Assembly (NCBI GenBank): GCA_944350425.1
Contig: CALVOX010000001.1
Span: 106,212 to 170,211 of the forward strand
Direction: 5' to 3'
Source of the DNA: an uncultured Bacilli bacterium
GTDB taxonomy: Bacteria; Bacillota_I; Bacilli_A; RFN20; CAG-826
Length of the DNA stretch: 64,000 nt
The translations under genes and the position numbers were made by a program. Of the stretch, positions 1-10,762 are shown piece after piece. Numbering within the stretch: the stretch's first letter is position 1; the number at the start of each line of letters is the position of its first letter. The notes under the pieces are model-generated. The model saw nothing but the letters and a program-made list of their open reading frames with translations, did no database searches and was not told where the DNA came from.

Positions 1-1519
1 CATTTCTATATTCACAGGAGCTATTTTCTATAAAAAACTCAAAGATGAATTATATAATGGTAAAAATATCAAAAAAGCTTATCAAGATGCTTCTAAAAAA
101 TCTTTAGGTATTCAAATTGATATTACAGTCATTTCACTTATTCTTGGAATTATTGCATATTTAATTCCTTCATCAATTTTTGCTTCATTTGGTTCCTTGC
201 TTGTAATTGGAACTATCATGAATATTATTTTAAATATCATTATAGTAAGACCATTAACTTGGTTATTATGTAACTCAAATTTAGTTGCAAATAAATTAAG
301 TTTAATTAGCGTCGAAAAGAAAAAAGTTCCAGTTTTATCAAAAGACGAAAAGCCAACTTACTTTGATAAATTTAAATTTAAATCTTCAAAGAAAATTAAA
401 TTATCTTATGGAATAGGCACTTCCATCTTGCTTGTTGCTTCAATAGTTGCTATGGTTACATTTAGTGCAGTAAGAGGAAATATTTATAACTCTTCATCAA
501 CTGAAGCAAATAGCCAAGTAGTTGTTAGAATTGATGAACGAAATGTTGCTGATGATGATACAACAACAATTGAAGGCAATATTTCTACCTTACAAAATAT
601 CTTCTATACAAACTTCTATGAAGATGAAGATTCTAGAATGTTCTCTTCACCAGCTGATGTAGAAATCGAAGATTATAACTATTCTTATATCGTCAATGAC
701 GTTACAAATAAAGAATATTATTATATTATCAATTTAGATGGTATTTATAATAATGATTCAACAATCTATGCTCTTGATAGTAATGGTAATATCAGTAAAA
801 TGACAATGGAAGAAGCGCTAAATATTCATTTAGCACAAAATAACTTCCAATCAAGTAACGTATCTTTAAATGAAGTTTATAACGTTAATACTGATTCAAA
901 TAACTTATCCGTGTTGATCTTTGTATTAATCGGAATTGCAATCAATAGCGTATACTTACTCTTAAGATACAATATTTCTAAAACACTTGTTTCTATTCTT
1001 GGAACAGGAACAATTCTTACTATCACCGTTGGAATCTTCTCCTTGATTGGTGGAGCATATTCTTCTATCATCACTCTTGGTTTATTATATTTATTACCAT
1101 TAGTTTATATGATTTTAATTTCACATTTTGATAGTGAGAAAGAAACATATAAAGATAGAAAGAAAGAATTAACTTTACTTGAAACTAGATACGAAGCCTT
1201 TGAATATTCTATAAATAACGTATTTAGAAACGTATTGACAATGTCTTTAATTTCAGCATTTGGTGTTGTTTCAATGTTCTTTGCAACTGGTATAAATCAA
1301 TCATTGTTATTCCTTATCATTATCGGAATTTTATTAACTCTTATCTTTGCAAAGATATTGTTATTACCTCTAGAAAAAATATTTGCATTAACATTTGATA
1401 AAATTAAAATTAATATTCAAGAATCTAGAGCTAAAAAGTCTTCTAGTAAGAAAAAGAAGGATTCAAAGAATAACGACGATGGCCCTCAAGAAGCAATATT
1501 TGTCGGCATTAATGATTAA
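1..1519 (+). CDS. secDF: Protein translocase subunit SecDF (fused SecD/SecF), 5' end lies outside the window. The frame is open from nt 2.
   Basis: The frame is open from the window start and the product is multi-TM and hydrophobic with SecF-like C-terminal helices. Its position upstream of recJ-relA matches B. subtilis secDF-recJ-relA synteny. Confidence 0.55.
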   Translation, partial: ISIFTGAIFYKKLKDELYNGKNIKKAYQDASKKSLGIQIDITVISLILGIIAYLIPSSIFASFGSLLVIGTIMNIILNIIIVRPLTWLLCNSNLVANKLSLISVEKKKVPVLSKDEKPTYFDKFKFKSSKKIKLSYGIGTSILLVASIVAMVTFSAVRGNIYNSSSTEANSQVVVRIDERNVADDDTTTIEGNISTLQNIFYTNFYEDEDSRMFSSPADVEIEDYNYSYIVNDVTNKEYYYIINLDGIYNNDSTIYALDSNGNISKMTMEEALNIHLAQNNFQSSNVSLNEVYNVNTDSNNLSVLIFVLIGIAINSVYLLLRYNISKTLVSILGTGTILTITVGIFSLIGGAYSSIITLGLLYLLPLVYMILISHFDSEKETYKDRKKELTLLETRYEAFEYSINNVFRNVLTMSLISAFGVVSMFFATGINQSLLFLIIIGILLTLIFAKILLLPLEKIFALTFDKIKINIQESRAKKSSSKKKKDSKNNDDGPQEAIFVGIND

Positions 1520-1526
1520 TTAAACA

Positions 1527-1553
1527 AGGTGGGCGAAAATTCCCACCTTTTTG
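1527..1553 (+). terminator. Rho-independent terminator after secDF
   Basis: Hairpin aaggtggg-cgaaaatt-cccacctt followed by a ttttt tract. Confidence 0.6.
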
Positions 1554-1560
1554 CTCTCTT

Positions 1561-3168
1561 ATGGATAAGATTATTAAAAAAGTATTAGATTATTATCAAC
1601 TTAGTATAGAAGAATTTCTCGACATAGTTAAAGAACCTAGCGAGTCTATTTTTGATTTTGCTTATTCTTCTCCATTATTTATAAAAGCAAAAGAAATCAT
1701 TTTAGATTCAATCTTAAAACACGAAAAAATTATGATTTATGGAGACTATGATTGTGATGGAATTACTTCTACCTCAATAATCCTTAATACTCTTTATTAT
1801 TTAAATAATCAAAGCCTTAAAAATATTTCTTTTTTCATTCCTTCAAGAGTTGATGATGGGTATGGGCTAAATCTTACAAATGCTCAAAAAATTATTGAAG
1901 ATAAATATGAGTTAGTAATTTTAGTTGATAACGGAATCACTTTAAAAAACGAGATCGCTTACTTAAAGGAACACGGTTTAAAAGTAATTATTATTGATCA
2001 TCACGAAATTAACGACGTAAAATTACCTACTCCTGATGTTCTAATTCATTATAAATATATAAGTGAATTAGCTACGCAAAATATATCAGCTGGAGGTTTA
2101 TCTTTTTTAGTTTCAATTTGTTTATTAGATAGAATTAATTATTATCTTTTATCATTAGGTGCATTGAGTATTATTTCTGATGTAATGCCAATGAAAGGTT
2201 TTAATCATAAGTTTGTAAAACTTGCTTTAAATATTTTAAATACTAATAAAAATTCTCGTTTTCATCAATTGATAAAAGAAGTTTTTGATAAAAACGGGAA
2301 AACATACAATCTTTCGACTATAAGCGAAGACGAACTATCTTTATATATAATTCCAAAAATCAATTCCGCAGGAAGATTACCGACAAAAGAACTTTTAAAA
2401 GAAGCAGTTAATACTTTTTTTGTCAATAATTTAGAATTTGATAAAAGTTTTGAGAAAATTATAAATATTGATACTCAAAGAAAAGATATTCTAAATACAT
2501 ATTTAGAAGCTCATAAAATCGAAAATTTCAATTCTAATTATCTCTTCATTGTTGAAAAAGAGATAGAAGAAGGACTTATAGGATTACTTGCTAATCGATA
2601 TTTAGAACAATATCAAGTTCCAACAATTATCTTAACGTATAACAAAAATACAAACCAATTCAAAGGCTCTATGAGATCTAAAAAAGGGATAAGTGTAATT
2701 GATTTTTTAAATTCCTCATCTGAGCTTTTATCTCATTATGGCGGACATGAAAATGCTGGTGGTTTTGATATTAAAGAGGAAAATATACCTTTATTTGAAA
2801 GTAAATTTAAAACTTATCTAGAATTAAATAAAACTCAGGAACTAGTAGAAAGATATTTGGAATTAGATAAAGTTGATATCTCAAAACATTCATATCTTAT
2901 TCTGAAATCATTAAAACCTTTCGGAAATTTATTTGAAAAACCAAAATTAAAATTACTTAACGTTTCTCCTAAAAATTTAAATAAATCTAAAGATGGAAAA
3001 CATCTTTTAGCAAAAATCAGTGAAGAAGGAACAATAGTTTATTTTAATTTTCCTATAGAATTATTATCTTACGATGAAGTTAACTTAATAGGAACTATAA
3101 AGAAAAACGTATTTTATTCTAAAATATCCTATCAATTTATGACTTCAGACTATGAAATAATTAAGTAA
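1561..3168 (+). CDS. recJ: Single-stranded-DNA-specific exonuclease RecJ-like (DHH/DHHA1 phosphoesterase)
   Basis: DHH motifs are present (YGDYDCDG, IIDHHE) and a DHHA1 GGHENAGGF motif. The gene sits between secDF and relA as in Bacillus. It is shorter than E. coli RecJ, as is common in Mollicutes. Confidence 0.7.
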   Translation: MDKIIKKVLDYYQLSIEEFLDIVKEPSESIFDFAYSSPLFIKAKEIILDSILKHEKIMIYGDYDCDGITSTSIILNTLYYLNNQSLKNISFFIPSRVDDGYGLNLTNAQKIIEDKYELVILVDNGITLKNEIAYLKEHGLKVIIIDHHEINDVKLPTPDVLIHYKYISELATQNISAGGLSFLVSICLLDRINYYLLSLGALSIISDVMPMKGFNHKFVKLALNILNTNKNSRFHQLIKEVFDKNGKTYNLSTISEDELSLYIIPKINSAGRLPTKELLKEAVNTFFVNNLEFDKSFEKIINIDTQRKDILNTYLEAHKIENFNSNYLFIVEKEIEEGLIGLLANRYLEQYQVPTIILTYNKNTNQFKGSMRSKKGISVIDFLNSSSELLSHYGGHENAGGFDIKEENIPLFESKFKTYLELNKTQELVERYLELDKVDISKHSYLILKSLKPFGNLFEKPKLKLLNVSPKNLNKSKDGKHLLAKISEEGTIVYFNFPIELLSYDEVNLIGTIKKNVFYSKISYQFMTSDYEIIK

Positions 3169-3218
3169 AATTTATAAAAAAATATCATTGTTGTATTATT
3201 AATATAGGGTGAAAAAAT

Positions 3219-5522
3219 ATGGCAGTTAAAAAAACAACTATAAAAAGCGATGAATTATTAAAAGATGGGTTAAAGACATCTTACGATACTATACAAAAAG
3301 AGGATAATGAAGGCCATTTGCTACCAAATGGTGGTTATCCAATGCATTCATTTGATGATTTAAAGGCAGTATATTCGGTTTACATTCATAACGAAGCGGA
3401 TCAAAAACTAATTGAAGATGCCTATCATTTTGTCGAGAAAAAACATGCCGGAATTGTAAGAAAATCTGGTGAGCCATATATCCATCACCTTATTGAAGTT
3501 GCTTATATAGTTGCTGATCTTCAAGGTGGTCCAGTTACTATTGCTAGTGCTTTACTCCATGATGTCGTTGAAGATACTGATACAACAGTAGAAGATATAA
3601 AGAAACTTTTTGGTGATGAATGCGCCAGGATTGTTGATTCATTAACTAAAATTCAACGTTTAAAACTCTCTAAAAGAACTCAAGAAGATTTTGTAGCCGA
3701 AGACCATAGAAAAATCTTTTTGGGTATGGCTAAAGATGTTAGAGTAATTATTATTAAACTAGCAGATAGATTACATAATTTAAGAACTATTGAAGCATTA
3801 AAACCCGAAAGACAACGTGCCTTGGCAAAAGAGACTTTAGAAGTATTTGCTCCTATTGCTCATCGTCTTGGTATTTATAAAGTTGAAAGCGAACTCGAAG
3901 ACTTATCCTTAAAAGTAGAAAAACCAGATGAATATAACCAAATAAGTGAACTTTTAAATGAGAAAATTAAAAATAGAAAGAGTGCTCTTCTCCAATTAAA
4001 AAAGAAAATTGCTGACATTTTATACCAAAAAGGATTTAAATTTAAAATTGAGTCGAGAGTAAAATCGATCTATTCAATCTATAAAAAAATGTATGTTAAA
4101 CATCATAATTTCGATGAAATTTATGATGTCTTAGCCATTAGAGTTATAACCGAAACAGAATTAAATTGTTACGAAATTTTAGGCATAATCCATCAAAACT
4201 TTTCGCCGATTCCTGGAAGATTTAAAGACTATATTGCAATGCCTAAACCAAACATGTATCAATCACTTCATACTTCAGTCATTGATGGCAATTCAAATAT
4301 TTTTGAAGTGCAAATAAGAACAAAAGAAATGGATGAAGTTGCTGAAAGTGGTGTTGCTGCTCACTGGAGATACAAAGAAGGATCTCATTATAGTGCAAAA
4401 CAAGAACAAAAAGAAATTGAGGAAAAACTCCATTGGTTCAGAGACTTTGTTTCAATTTCAAAAGATAAAGATATAGCTCAAAGTCAAAACGCTAGTGACT
4501 ATCTTGATACTTTAAGTAAAGACATATTTGAAGCAAACGTCTATGTTTTCACCCCAAAAGGAAAAGTTATTGATCTTCCAGCCGGTTCAACCCCTTTAGA
4601 TTTAGCTTTTAGAATTCATACTAAAGTTGGTGAGCAAACTGTTGGAGCTTTAGTAAATGGTGTATTAGTTCCTTTAAATACGGAGCTTAAAACCGGAGAC
4701 GTTTGCGAAATTAAAACTTCAAACAATGCTCCGGGTCCAAATGAAGATTGGCTAAATTTGGTAAAAACAAGCTCTGCTAAATCTAGAATAAAAAAATTCT
4801 TATTAAAGAAAAATAGCGAACTTGTAAGAGAAGATAAAATTCAAAGAGGAAAGATTATTCTCTTAGATTTTTTCAAAGATAGAGGTTATAGTGAAAAAGA
4901 AATTATGCCTTTATTAAATAATCAAGATTTACTTAAAAACTTTGAATGTGCAACTTTAGATGATTTAATGATTGCCGTTTCAATGCATAATCCTAACCCT
5001 GGACAAATTGGAACTTTTTTGGGAATTAGAAAGAAAGCCGAATTACTTTTATCAAAGAAAGAAAACTTTGATGACGATAATTGCCCTGTTACTATCGAAA
5101 ATGGCAAAGGAATAAAGATTACACTAGGAAATTGTTGCACTCCAATTCCAGGGGATAAAATTGTTGGTTATGTAACGAAGGGAAACGGCGTTACCGTCCA
5201 TAGAATTGATTGCCCAAATATTATTAAAGAAAAGGCAAGACTAATAGATGTTAAGTGGAAAGACAATTTAAAAAATCAATCTTTTCCAGTTGATATTCAA
5301 ATTGAATGCAATGATAGAGCTAATTTAATTGCTGATATTCTTTCTAATTTAGCTTCTTCGCAAGTTAAATGTACGGAAATTAATGGTAAAATGCATCCTG
5401 AAAACTTTTCTTGCACTATATCTGCACAAATCTATGTTAAAGATGTTAATGAATTAAACAAAACCTTCCAAGCTATAAAAAATATAAAAGACGTTTTTGA
5501 GATCAAGCGTGTAATACATTAA
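3219..5522 (+). CDS. relA: Bifunctional (p)ppGpp synthetase/hydrolase RelA/SpoT (Rel)
   Basis: It has the HD hydrolase domain, the RelA/SpoT synthetase domain, and TGS and ACT-like C-terminal regions. The length is 767 aa. Confidence 0.9.
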   Translation: MAVKKTTIKSDELLKDGLKTSYDTIQKEDNEGHLLPNGGYPMHSFDDLKAVYSVYIHNEADQKLIEDAYHFVEKKHAGIVRKSGEPYIHHLIEVAYIVADLQGGPVTIASALLHDVVEDTDTTVEDIKKLFGDECARIVDSLTKIQRLKLSKRTQEDFVAEDHRKIFLGMAKDVRVIIIKLADRLHNLRTIEALKPERQRALAKETLEVFAPIAHRLGIYKVESELEDLSLKVEKPDEYNQISELLNEKIKNRKSALLQLKKKIADILYQKGFKFKIESRVKSIYSIYKKMYVKHHNFDEIYDVLAIRVITETELNCYEILGIIHQNFSPIPGRFKDYIAMPKPNMYQSLHTSVIDGNSNIFEVQIRTKEMDEVAESGVAAHWRYKEGSHYSAKQEQKEIEEKLHWFRDFVSISKDKDIAQSQNASDYLDTLSKDIFEANVYVFTPKGKVIDLPAGSTPLDLAFRIHTKVGEQTVGALVNGVLVPLNTELKTGDVCEIKTSNNAPGPNEDWLNLVKTSSAKSRIKKFLLKKNSELVREDKIQRGKIILLDFFKDRGYSEKEIMPLLNNQDLLKNFECATLDDLMIAVSMHNPNPGQIGTFLGIRKKAELLLSKKENFDDDNCPVTIENGKGIKITLGNCCTPIPGDKIVGYVTKGNGVTVHRIDCPNIIKEKARLIDVKWKDNLKNQSFPVDIQIECNDRANLIADILSNLASSQVKCTEINGKMHPENFSCTISAQIYVKDVNELNKTFQAIKNIKDVFEIKRVIH

Positions 5523-5524
5523 CT

Positions 5525-5553
5525 TTGATTATGCAAGCATTTTTTATTATAAT
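5525..5553 (+). promoter_or_regulatory. Sigma-70-type promoter for hisS-aspS: TTGATT, 17-nt spacer, TATAAT
   Basis: Consensus -35 at 5525-5530 and -10 at 5548-5553 with a 17-nt spacer, about 25 nt upstream of the hisS ATG. Confidence 0.55.
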
Positions 5554-5578
5554 ATTTAAGTTATAAAGGAATTTTTTT

Positions 5579-7000
5579 ATGTTCAATTTAGTAAAAGGTA
5601 CACACGACATTATCCTTAATGAAGCTGATAAATATACATATGTAGAACAAACTTTAATACAGTTTGCTGAATTTTATAATTTTAAAGAATTTAGAACTCC
5701 AATAATTGAATCAAGTGATTTATTTCAAAGATCTGTCGGTGATAGTAGTGACATTGTTAGAAAAGAAATGTATACATTCCTCGATAAAGGTGATAGATCA
5801 ATCACTTTAAGACCAGAAATAACTGCCGGAATAATAAGAAGCATAGTTAATAATAAATTATTAGCCCTTGGAGATTATCCTGTTAAAGCTTATTATGTAG
5901 GTCCTTGTTTTAGATACGAAAGACCTCAACAAGGAAGATATCGTCAATTTAATCAATTTGGAATCGAAATCGCTGGCGTTACATCACCTTATAGAGATGT
6001 TGAAGCAATTTCTTTTGGATATTTTGCTTTAAAACTTTTAGGTTTTGAAAATTTAAAACTTAAAATTAATTCTTTAGGCGATGATGAATCTAGAAAAAAT
6101 TACCGTGAAGCATTAAATAAATATTTTGCTTCTTATGTAGATCAAATGTGCGATGATTGCAAAGAAAGATATAAATTAAATGTTTTAAGAATTCTTGATT
6201 GTAAAATAAAAGAAGACCAAGAAATTATCAAAAACGCTCCAAAAATTTCTGATTACTTAACTGATAAATCAAAAGATTATTTCCAAAAAGTTCTTAATTC
6301 TTTAGATGAACTTGGAATTGAATACGAAATAGATGATGGATTAGTTAGAGGACTTGATTATTATAGCGATGTAGTCTTCGAATTCCACTATACTTCAAGC
6401 AAAGGCTTAAGCTATGGTGCTTTAGGAGCCGGTGGACATTACAATAAATTAATTGGTGAAATCGGTGGGCCAAAAGATTGTGAAGGCTGTGGCTTAGCAA
6501 TGGGAATTGAACGTTTAGTATCTGTAATGGAAGATGATGGGTTATTTTCTAATATAGATGATGGTATAGACTGCTATATCATGCCTCTTTCTCAAGAATT
6601 TCAGCCAAATGCTTTAAATATTTTATCTTTATTAAGACTCAACGGATTCAAAAGTGAAGTTAGCCTTGAAGGAAAATCTTTAAAAGCAATGTTTAAAAAA
6701 GCATTAAAATTAAATGCCAAATTTGCTTTGATTATTGGAGAAGACGAAATCAAAACTAATTCGATTATTTGCAAAAATTTAAGTAATCAAGAACAAGAAT
6801 CTATTTTAATTGAAGATTTAGTTAGATATCTTGATTCTCAAATTGATGCTGAAGAAGAACATCATCATGAATGTTGTTGCCACGACCATAACGAATCAGA
6901 TAAAGATTGTTGTTGCCACGCTCATGATGATGAAGGAAAACATTGTTGCCATAATCAAAATGAAGATCATGAATGTTGTAGAGAAAAGAAAGGAAATTAG
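5579..7000 (+). CDS. hisS: Histidine--tRNA ligase with an unusual Cys/His-rich C-terminal tail
   Basis: Class II aaRS HisRS motifs are present; aspS follows immediately, as in Bacillus. The last roughly 50 aa carry 10 Cys and about 9 His. Confidence 0.9.
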   Translation: MFNLVKGTHDIILNEADKYTYVEQTLIQFAEFYNFKEFRTPIIESSDLFQRSVGDSSDIVRKEMYTFLDKGDRSITLRPEITAGIIRSIVNNKLLALGDYPVKAYYVGPCFRYERPQQGRYRQFNQFGIEIAGVTSPYRDVEAISFGYFALKLLGFENLKLKINSLGDDESRKNYREALNKYFASYVDQMCDDCKERYKLNVLRILDCKIKEDQEIIKNAPKISDYLTDKSKDYFQKVLNSLDELGIEYEIDDGLVRGLDYYSDVVFEFHYTSSKGLSYGALGAGGHYNKLIGEIGGPKDCEGCGLAMGIERLVSVMEDDGLFSNIDDGIDCYIMPLSQEFQPNALNILSLLRLNGFKSEVSLEGKSLKAMFKKALKLNAKFALIIGEDEIKTNSIICKNLSNQEQESILIEDLVRYLDSQIDAEEEHHHECCCHDHNESDKDCCCHAHDDEGKHCCHNQNEDHECCREKKGN

Positions 7001-7008
7001 AAAAATAT

Positions 7009-8751
7009 ATGATTTCAAATATTAAAAGAACTGATTATTGTGGAGAACTATCTACTAACGATATAGGAAAAGAAGTATCTGTCGTTGGATGGGTTTCAAA
7101 AAGAAGAAATCTCGGTAGTTTATTATTCGTTGATTTAAGAGATAGTAGTGGTATTATTCAAATTATTATCAAAACAGATGAAATAGAAGTTCCTGATATT
7201 AGAAATGAATATATTTTAAATGTCACTGGAAAAATTAATAAAAAGGATGTTCCAAATCCTAACCTTAAGACTGGAGATATCGAAATTGAAGCTTCAGAAG
7301 TTGTCTTAGTCAATACAGCAAAACAACCTCCTTTCATTATCGCCGATAAAACCGATGCCTTAGAAGACATTAGATTGAAATATCGTTATCTTGATCTAAG
7401 AAGACCTGCTTTACTTCAAAACTTTAAACTAAGAGCTAAGATTGTAAAAATCTGTCATGAATACTTAGATGCTCATCGTTTTATCGAAGTCGAAACTCCA
7501 TATTTAGCACCTTCTACGCCAGAAGGAGCAAGAGATTATCTAGTTCCATCTAGAATACATAAAGGATCTTTCTATGCATTACCACAATCCCCACAACTTT
7601 ATAAACAAATGCTTATGGTTGCAGGATTTGAAAGATATTATCAAATAGCAAGATGCTTTAGAGATGAAGACCTTAGAGCAGATAGACAACCAGATTTTAC
7701 TCAAGTAGATATCGAAACATCTTTCTTAACACAAGATGAATTTTTGACCTTAATGGAAGGATTAATTCAAAAAATCTTTAAAGAAACTATCAATTATGAA
7801 GTAAAACTTCCGCTAAGAAGAATGAAATATGATGAAGCAGTAAACGTATATGGCTCAGATAAGCCAGATACAAGATTTGATTTAAAATTAGTTGATATTA
7901 AGTCGATTTTTAGTAACTCAACTTTTGAAATGTTTGCTACAGCTAAGTATATCAAGGCAATAAAAGTTGAAAATTATGCTAAAGATTGTTCAAGAAAAAA
8001 ACAAGATTCATATAATATTTTGGCCAAAAAATTTAAATTAAATAGTTACATGGTCTTAAAATTTGAAAACGGTACATTAACCGGAGGAATTTTAAAACAC
8101 ATTAGTGAAGAAGAACAAAAACGACTTATTACTACAATGGACCTTCATGAAAATGATATAATCTTTATAGCCCATTCAAATATTTTAAGAAATGTTAACT
8201 TTGGTTTAGGTGCTTTAAGATCCGAAATCGCAAGTGAATTGAATTTAATTAAGCCTCATACATACGATTTATTGTGGGTAGTTGATTTCCCATTATTCGA
8301 AAAAAGCGAAGAAACCGGCGAAATTACACCATGTCACCACCCATTCACTAGACCAGTTGATGAAGACTTAGATAAGTTAGAAACCGAACCATATAATGTA
8401 TATTCTTACACTTATGACATTATTATGAACGGATATGAAGCTGGCGGTGGCGGATTAAGAATTTATGATCAAGTTACACAAGATAGAATATTTAAAATTC
8501 TAGGATTTAGTGAAGAAGATATTCAAAAGAAATTTGGATGGTTCGTTGAATCATTAAAATATGGAACACCTCCACATGGTGGAATGGCATTTGGTCTTGA
8601 AAGACTAACTATGGTTCTTTGTGAAACAAACAATATCCGTGACGTCATTGCTTTCCCAAAAAATTTAAGTGGAGTCTGCCCTGTTACTGATGCTCCAGTT
8701 GAAGTTGACGAAGAACAACTTAAAGAACTTGGCATAAAGATTGATAAATAA
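7009..8751 (+). CDS. aspS: Aspartate--tRNA ligase
   Basis: The class II motif QLYKQMLMVAGFERYYQIARCFRDEDLRADRQPDFTQ is present and the length is 580 aa. The RBS AAAGGAAA lies inside the hisS tail. Confidence 0.92.
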   Translation: MISNIKRTDYCGELSTNDIGKEVSVVGWVSKRRNLGSLLFVDLRDSSGIIQIIIKTDEIEVPDIRNEYILNVTGKINKKDVPNPNLKTGDIEIEASEVVLVNTAKQPPFIIADKTDALEDIRLKYRYLDLRRPALLQNFKLRAKIVKICHEYLDAHRFIEVETPYLAPSTPEGARDYLVPSRIHKGSFYALPQSPQLYKQMLMVAGFERYYQIARCFRDEDLRADRQPDFTQVDIETSFLTQDEFLTLMEGLIQKIFKETINYEVKLPLRRMKYDEAVNVYGSDKPDTRFDLKLVDIKSIFSNSTFEMFATAKYIKAIKVENYAKDCSRKKQDSYNILAKKFKLNSYMVLKFENGTLTGGILKHISEEEQKRLITTMDLHENDIIFIAHSNILRNVNFGLGALRSEIASELNLIKPHTYDLLWVVDFPLFEKSEETGEITPCHHPFTRPVDEDLDKLETEPYNVYSYTYDIIMNGYEAGGGGLRIYDQVTQDRIFKILGFSEEDIQKKFGWFVESLKYGTPPHGGMAFGLERLTMVLCETNNIRDVIAFPKNLSGVCPVTDAPVEVDEEQLKELGIKIDK

Positions 8752-8762
8752 AGGAGAAATTT

Positions 8763-10751
8763 ATGAAAAAAGCATTAAGCAAAAAAGAACGACAAGAATT
8801 ATGTGTAGCCGCTCTTAGAGCAACATGTATTGATGGTATCAATAATGCGAACAGCGGACACCCAGGTGCATCTTTATCTTTAGCACCAATTATGTATGTT
8901 TTATATAGAGATTTTGTTGTCGCTAACCCATTCAAACCAAATTGGATTAATAGAGATAGGGTTGTTTTAAGTTGCGGTCATGCTTCAATGCTTTTATACA
9001 CAATTCTCCATCTATGCGGTTACAATATTTCAATTAATGATTTAAAGAAATTTAGAAAATTAGGTTCTTTAACACCAGGGCATCCTGAATATGGTGTAAC
9101 TGAAGGTATTGACGCATCGAGCGGACCTTTAGGCCAAGGTATTGCTGAAGCTACTGGATTAGCTTTAAGTGAAGTCATGTTAAGCGCACAATACACTTCT
9201 AAATTGTTTAATCACTATACGTATTGTATTTGTGGTGATGGGTGTTTAGAAGAAGGAATCTCACAAGAAGCTATAACTTTTGCTGGCTTAAACAAATTAA
9301 ATAAACTTATTCTTTTATATGATTCAAATGATATTACACTTGATGGGCCACTCTCACAAAGCGATGATACAAATGTAATTCAAAGGTTTAAAGCTGCAAA
9401 ATGGAATGTTATTTTCGTCAAGGACGGAAACAACCTTAAAGATATCCATTCTGCTATTTCAAAAGCTAAAAAGTCTGAAGATAAACCTACTTTAATTATT
9501 TTCAAAACAATTATTGGATATGGTTCAAAAAACCAAGGTACATGTAAAGTTCACGGTGCTCCTTTAGGCGAAGAAGATGGAAATAACGCAAAATTATCTT
9601 ATGGTTATAAAGAACCACCTTTTGTAATTCCAGAAGAAGTTTATGATGATTTTAAAGAAACTTTCATTGCTAGGGCTAACGAAAAGTATGAAAAATACAA
9701 TAATTATTATCAATCATATTCATCTATGAATCCAGACAAAATTAAGGTTTTAGAACAAGTAGAAGCTAGAGATTTATCAGAACTTATTGATAGTTTAAAA
9801 TTCGACTACGAAAAAGTTGAGTCAAAAGCTACAAGAGATGTTTCTCAAATTTTACTTAATTTCTATCATGAGCACTTACCATTTTTAGTTGGCGGAAGCG
9901 CTGACGTTGCAAGTAGTGTTAAAACTCATTTAACTAACGGAAAAGATTTTACCCCTGAAACAATTGACGGAACTAACATTAACTGGGGCATAAAAGAGTT
10001 CTTAATGTGCTCAGCAAGTAACGGATTATTGCTAAGTGAATGCCTAAGAACTTATGCTGGTTCTTTCCTTGTCTTCTCAGATTATGCAAAAAGTGCATTA
10101 AGAATGGCTGCTTTGATGAAACTTCCAATGATTTATTTATTCTCCCACGATTCAATTGCTGTCGGTGAAGATGGTCCTACGCATCAACCAATCGACCAAC
10201 TTCCAATGCTAAGATCTATACCTAATTTTAATGTTATTAGACCTTGCGATGTTAAAGAAACTTATGGTGCTTATAGAGTTGCTTTAAAGAGCAAAGAAAC
10301 ACCAACAGCAATTATTTTATCAAGACAAAAACTTCCAAATATCACAACTTCTTTATACGATGGTGATTTTGAAAAAGGTGGATATATTATTTCAAAATCA
10401 CAAGGCGATATTCTTGACGGAACAATTATTGCTACAGGTAGCGAAGTTGGATTAGCTCTTGACGTTCAAAAAGAATTACTTGTAAGTAACATTCATGTTG
10501 ATGTCGTCTCTATGCCTTCTTTAAATACTTTTGATTTACAACCTAATGAATATAAGGCAAAAGTTTTAAGATCTTCCAGAGAAAAAACATTCTCCTTAGA
10601 AATGTCATCCACATTAGGATGGTATAAATATAGTGCCTATCCATATGGTATAAACACTTTTGGTGCAAGCGGAAAAGATGCTGACTTAATTAAACACTTT
10701 AAATTCACAAAAGAAGATGTAGCATCATTTATTATGGAAAAACTAAAATAA
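8763..10751 (+). CDS. tkt: Transketolase
   Basis: TPP-binding GDGCLEEG motif, N-terminal HPG motif, length 662 aa. Confidence 0.9.
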   Translation: MKKALSKKERQELCVAALRATCIDGINNANSGHPGASLSLAPIMYVLYRDFVVANPFKPNWINRDRVVLSCGHASMLLYTILHLCGYNISINDLKKFRKLGSLTPGHPEYGVTEGIDASSGPLGQGIAEATGLALSEVMLSAQYTSKLFNHYTYCICGDGCLEEGISQEAITFAGLNKLNKLILLYDSNDITLDGPLSQSDDTNVIQRFKAAKWNVIFVKDGNNLKDIHSAISKAKKSEDKPTLIIFKTIIGYGSKNQGTCKVHGAPLGEEDGNNAKLSYGYKEPPFVIPEEVYDDFKETFIARANEKYEKYNNYYQSYSSMNPDKIKVLEQVEARDLSELIDSLKFDYEKVESKATRDVSQILLNFYHEHLPFLVGGSADVASSVKTHLTNGKDFTPETIDGTNINWGIKEFLMCSASNGLLLSECLRTYAGSFLVFSDYAKSALRMAALMKLPMIYLFSHDSIAVGEDGPTHQPIDQLPMLRSIPNFNVIRPCDVKETYGAYRVALKSKETPTAIILSRQKLPNITTSLYDGDFEKGGYIISKSQGDILDGTIIATGSEVGLALDVQKELLVSNIHVDVVSMPSLNTFDLQPNEYKAKVLRSSREKTFSLEMSSTLGWYKYSAYPYGINTFGASGKDADLIKHFKFTKEDVASFIMEKLK

Positions 10752-10762
10752 GAGGTGATTTT

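Noticed and set aside
877-1074. 65-aa antisense ORF inside secDF
   Set aside because: It is fully embedded antisense within a well-supported membrane-protein gene. It has no RBS and its composition is what chance produces in AT-rich DNA.
3289-5140. Antisense ORFs 3289..3477 and 4922..5140 inside relA
   Set aside because: Both are fully embedded in the relA coding region on the opposite strand and neither has an RBS, so I read them as AT-rich chance ORFs.
6831-7025. 64-aa + strand ORF overlapping the hisS tail in another frame
   Set aside because: It is an alternative-frame reading of the repetitive Cys/His-coding sequence. The in-frame continuation of hisS and the downstream aspS RBS explain this region.
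7158-8935. Antisense ORFs inside aspS and at the tkt 5' end (7158..7370, 8523..8735, 8720..8935)
   Set aside because: They are embedded in highly conserved aaRS and transketolase coding sequence and carry no translation signals.
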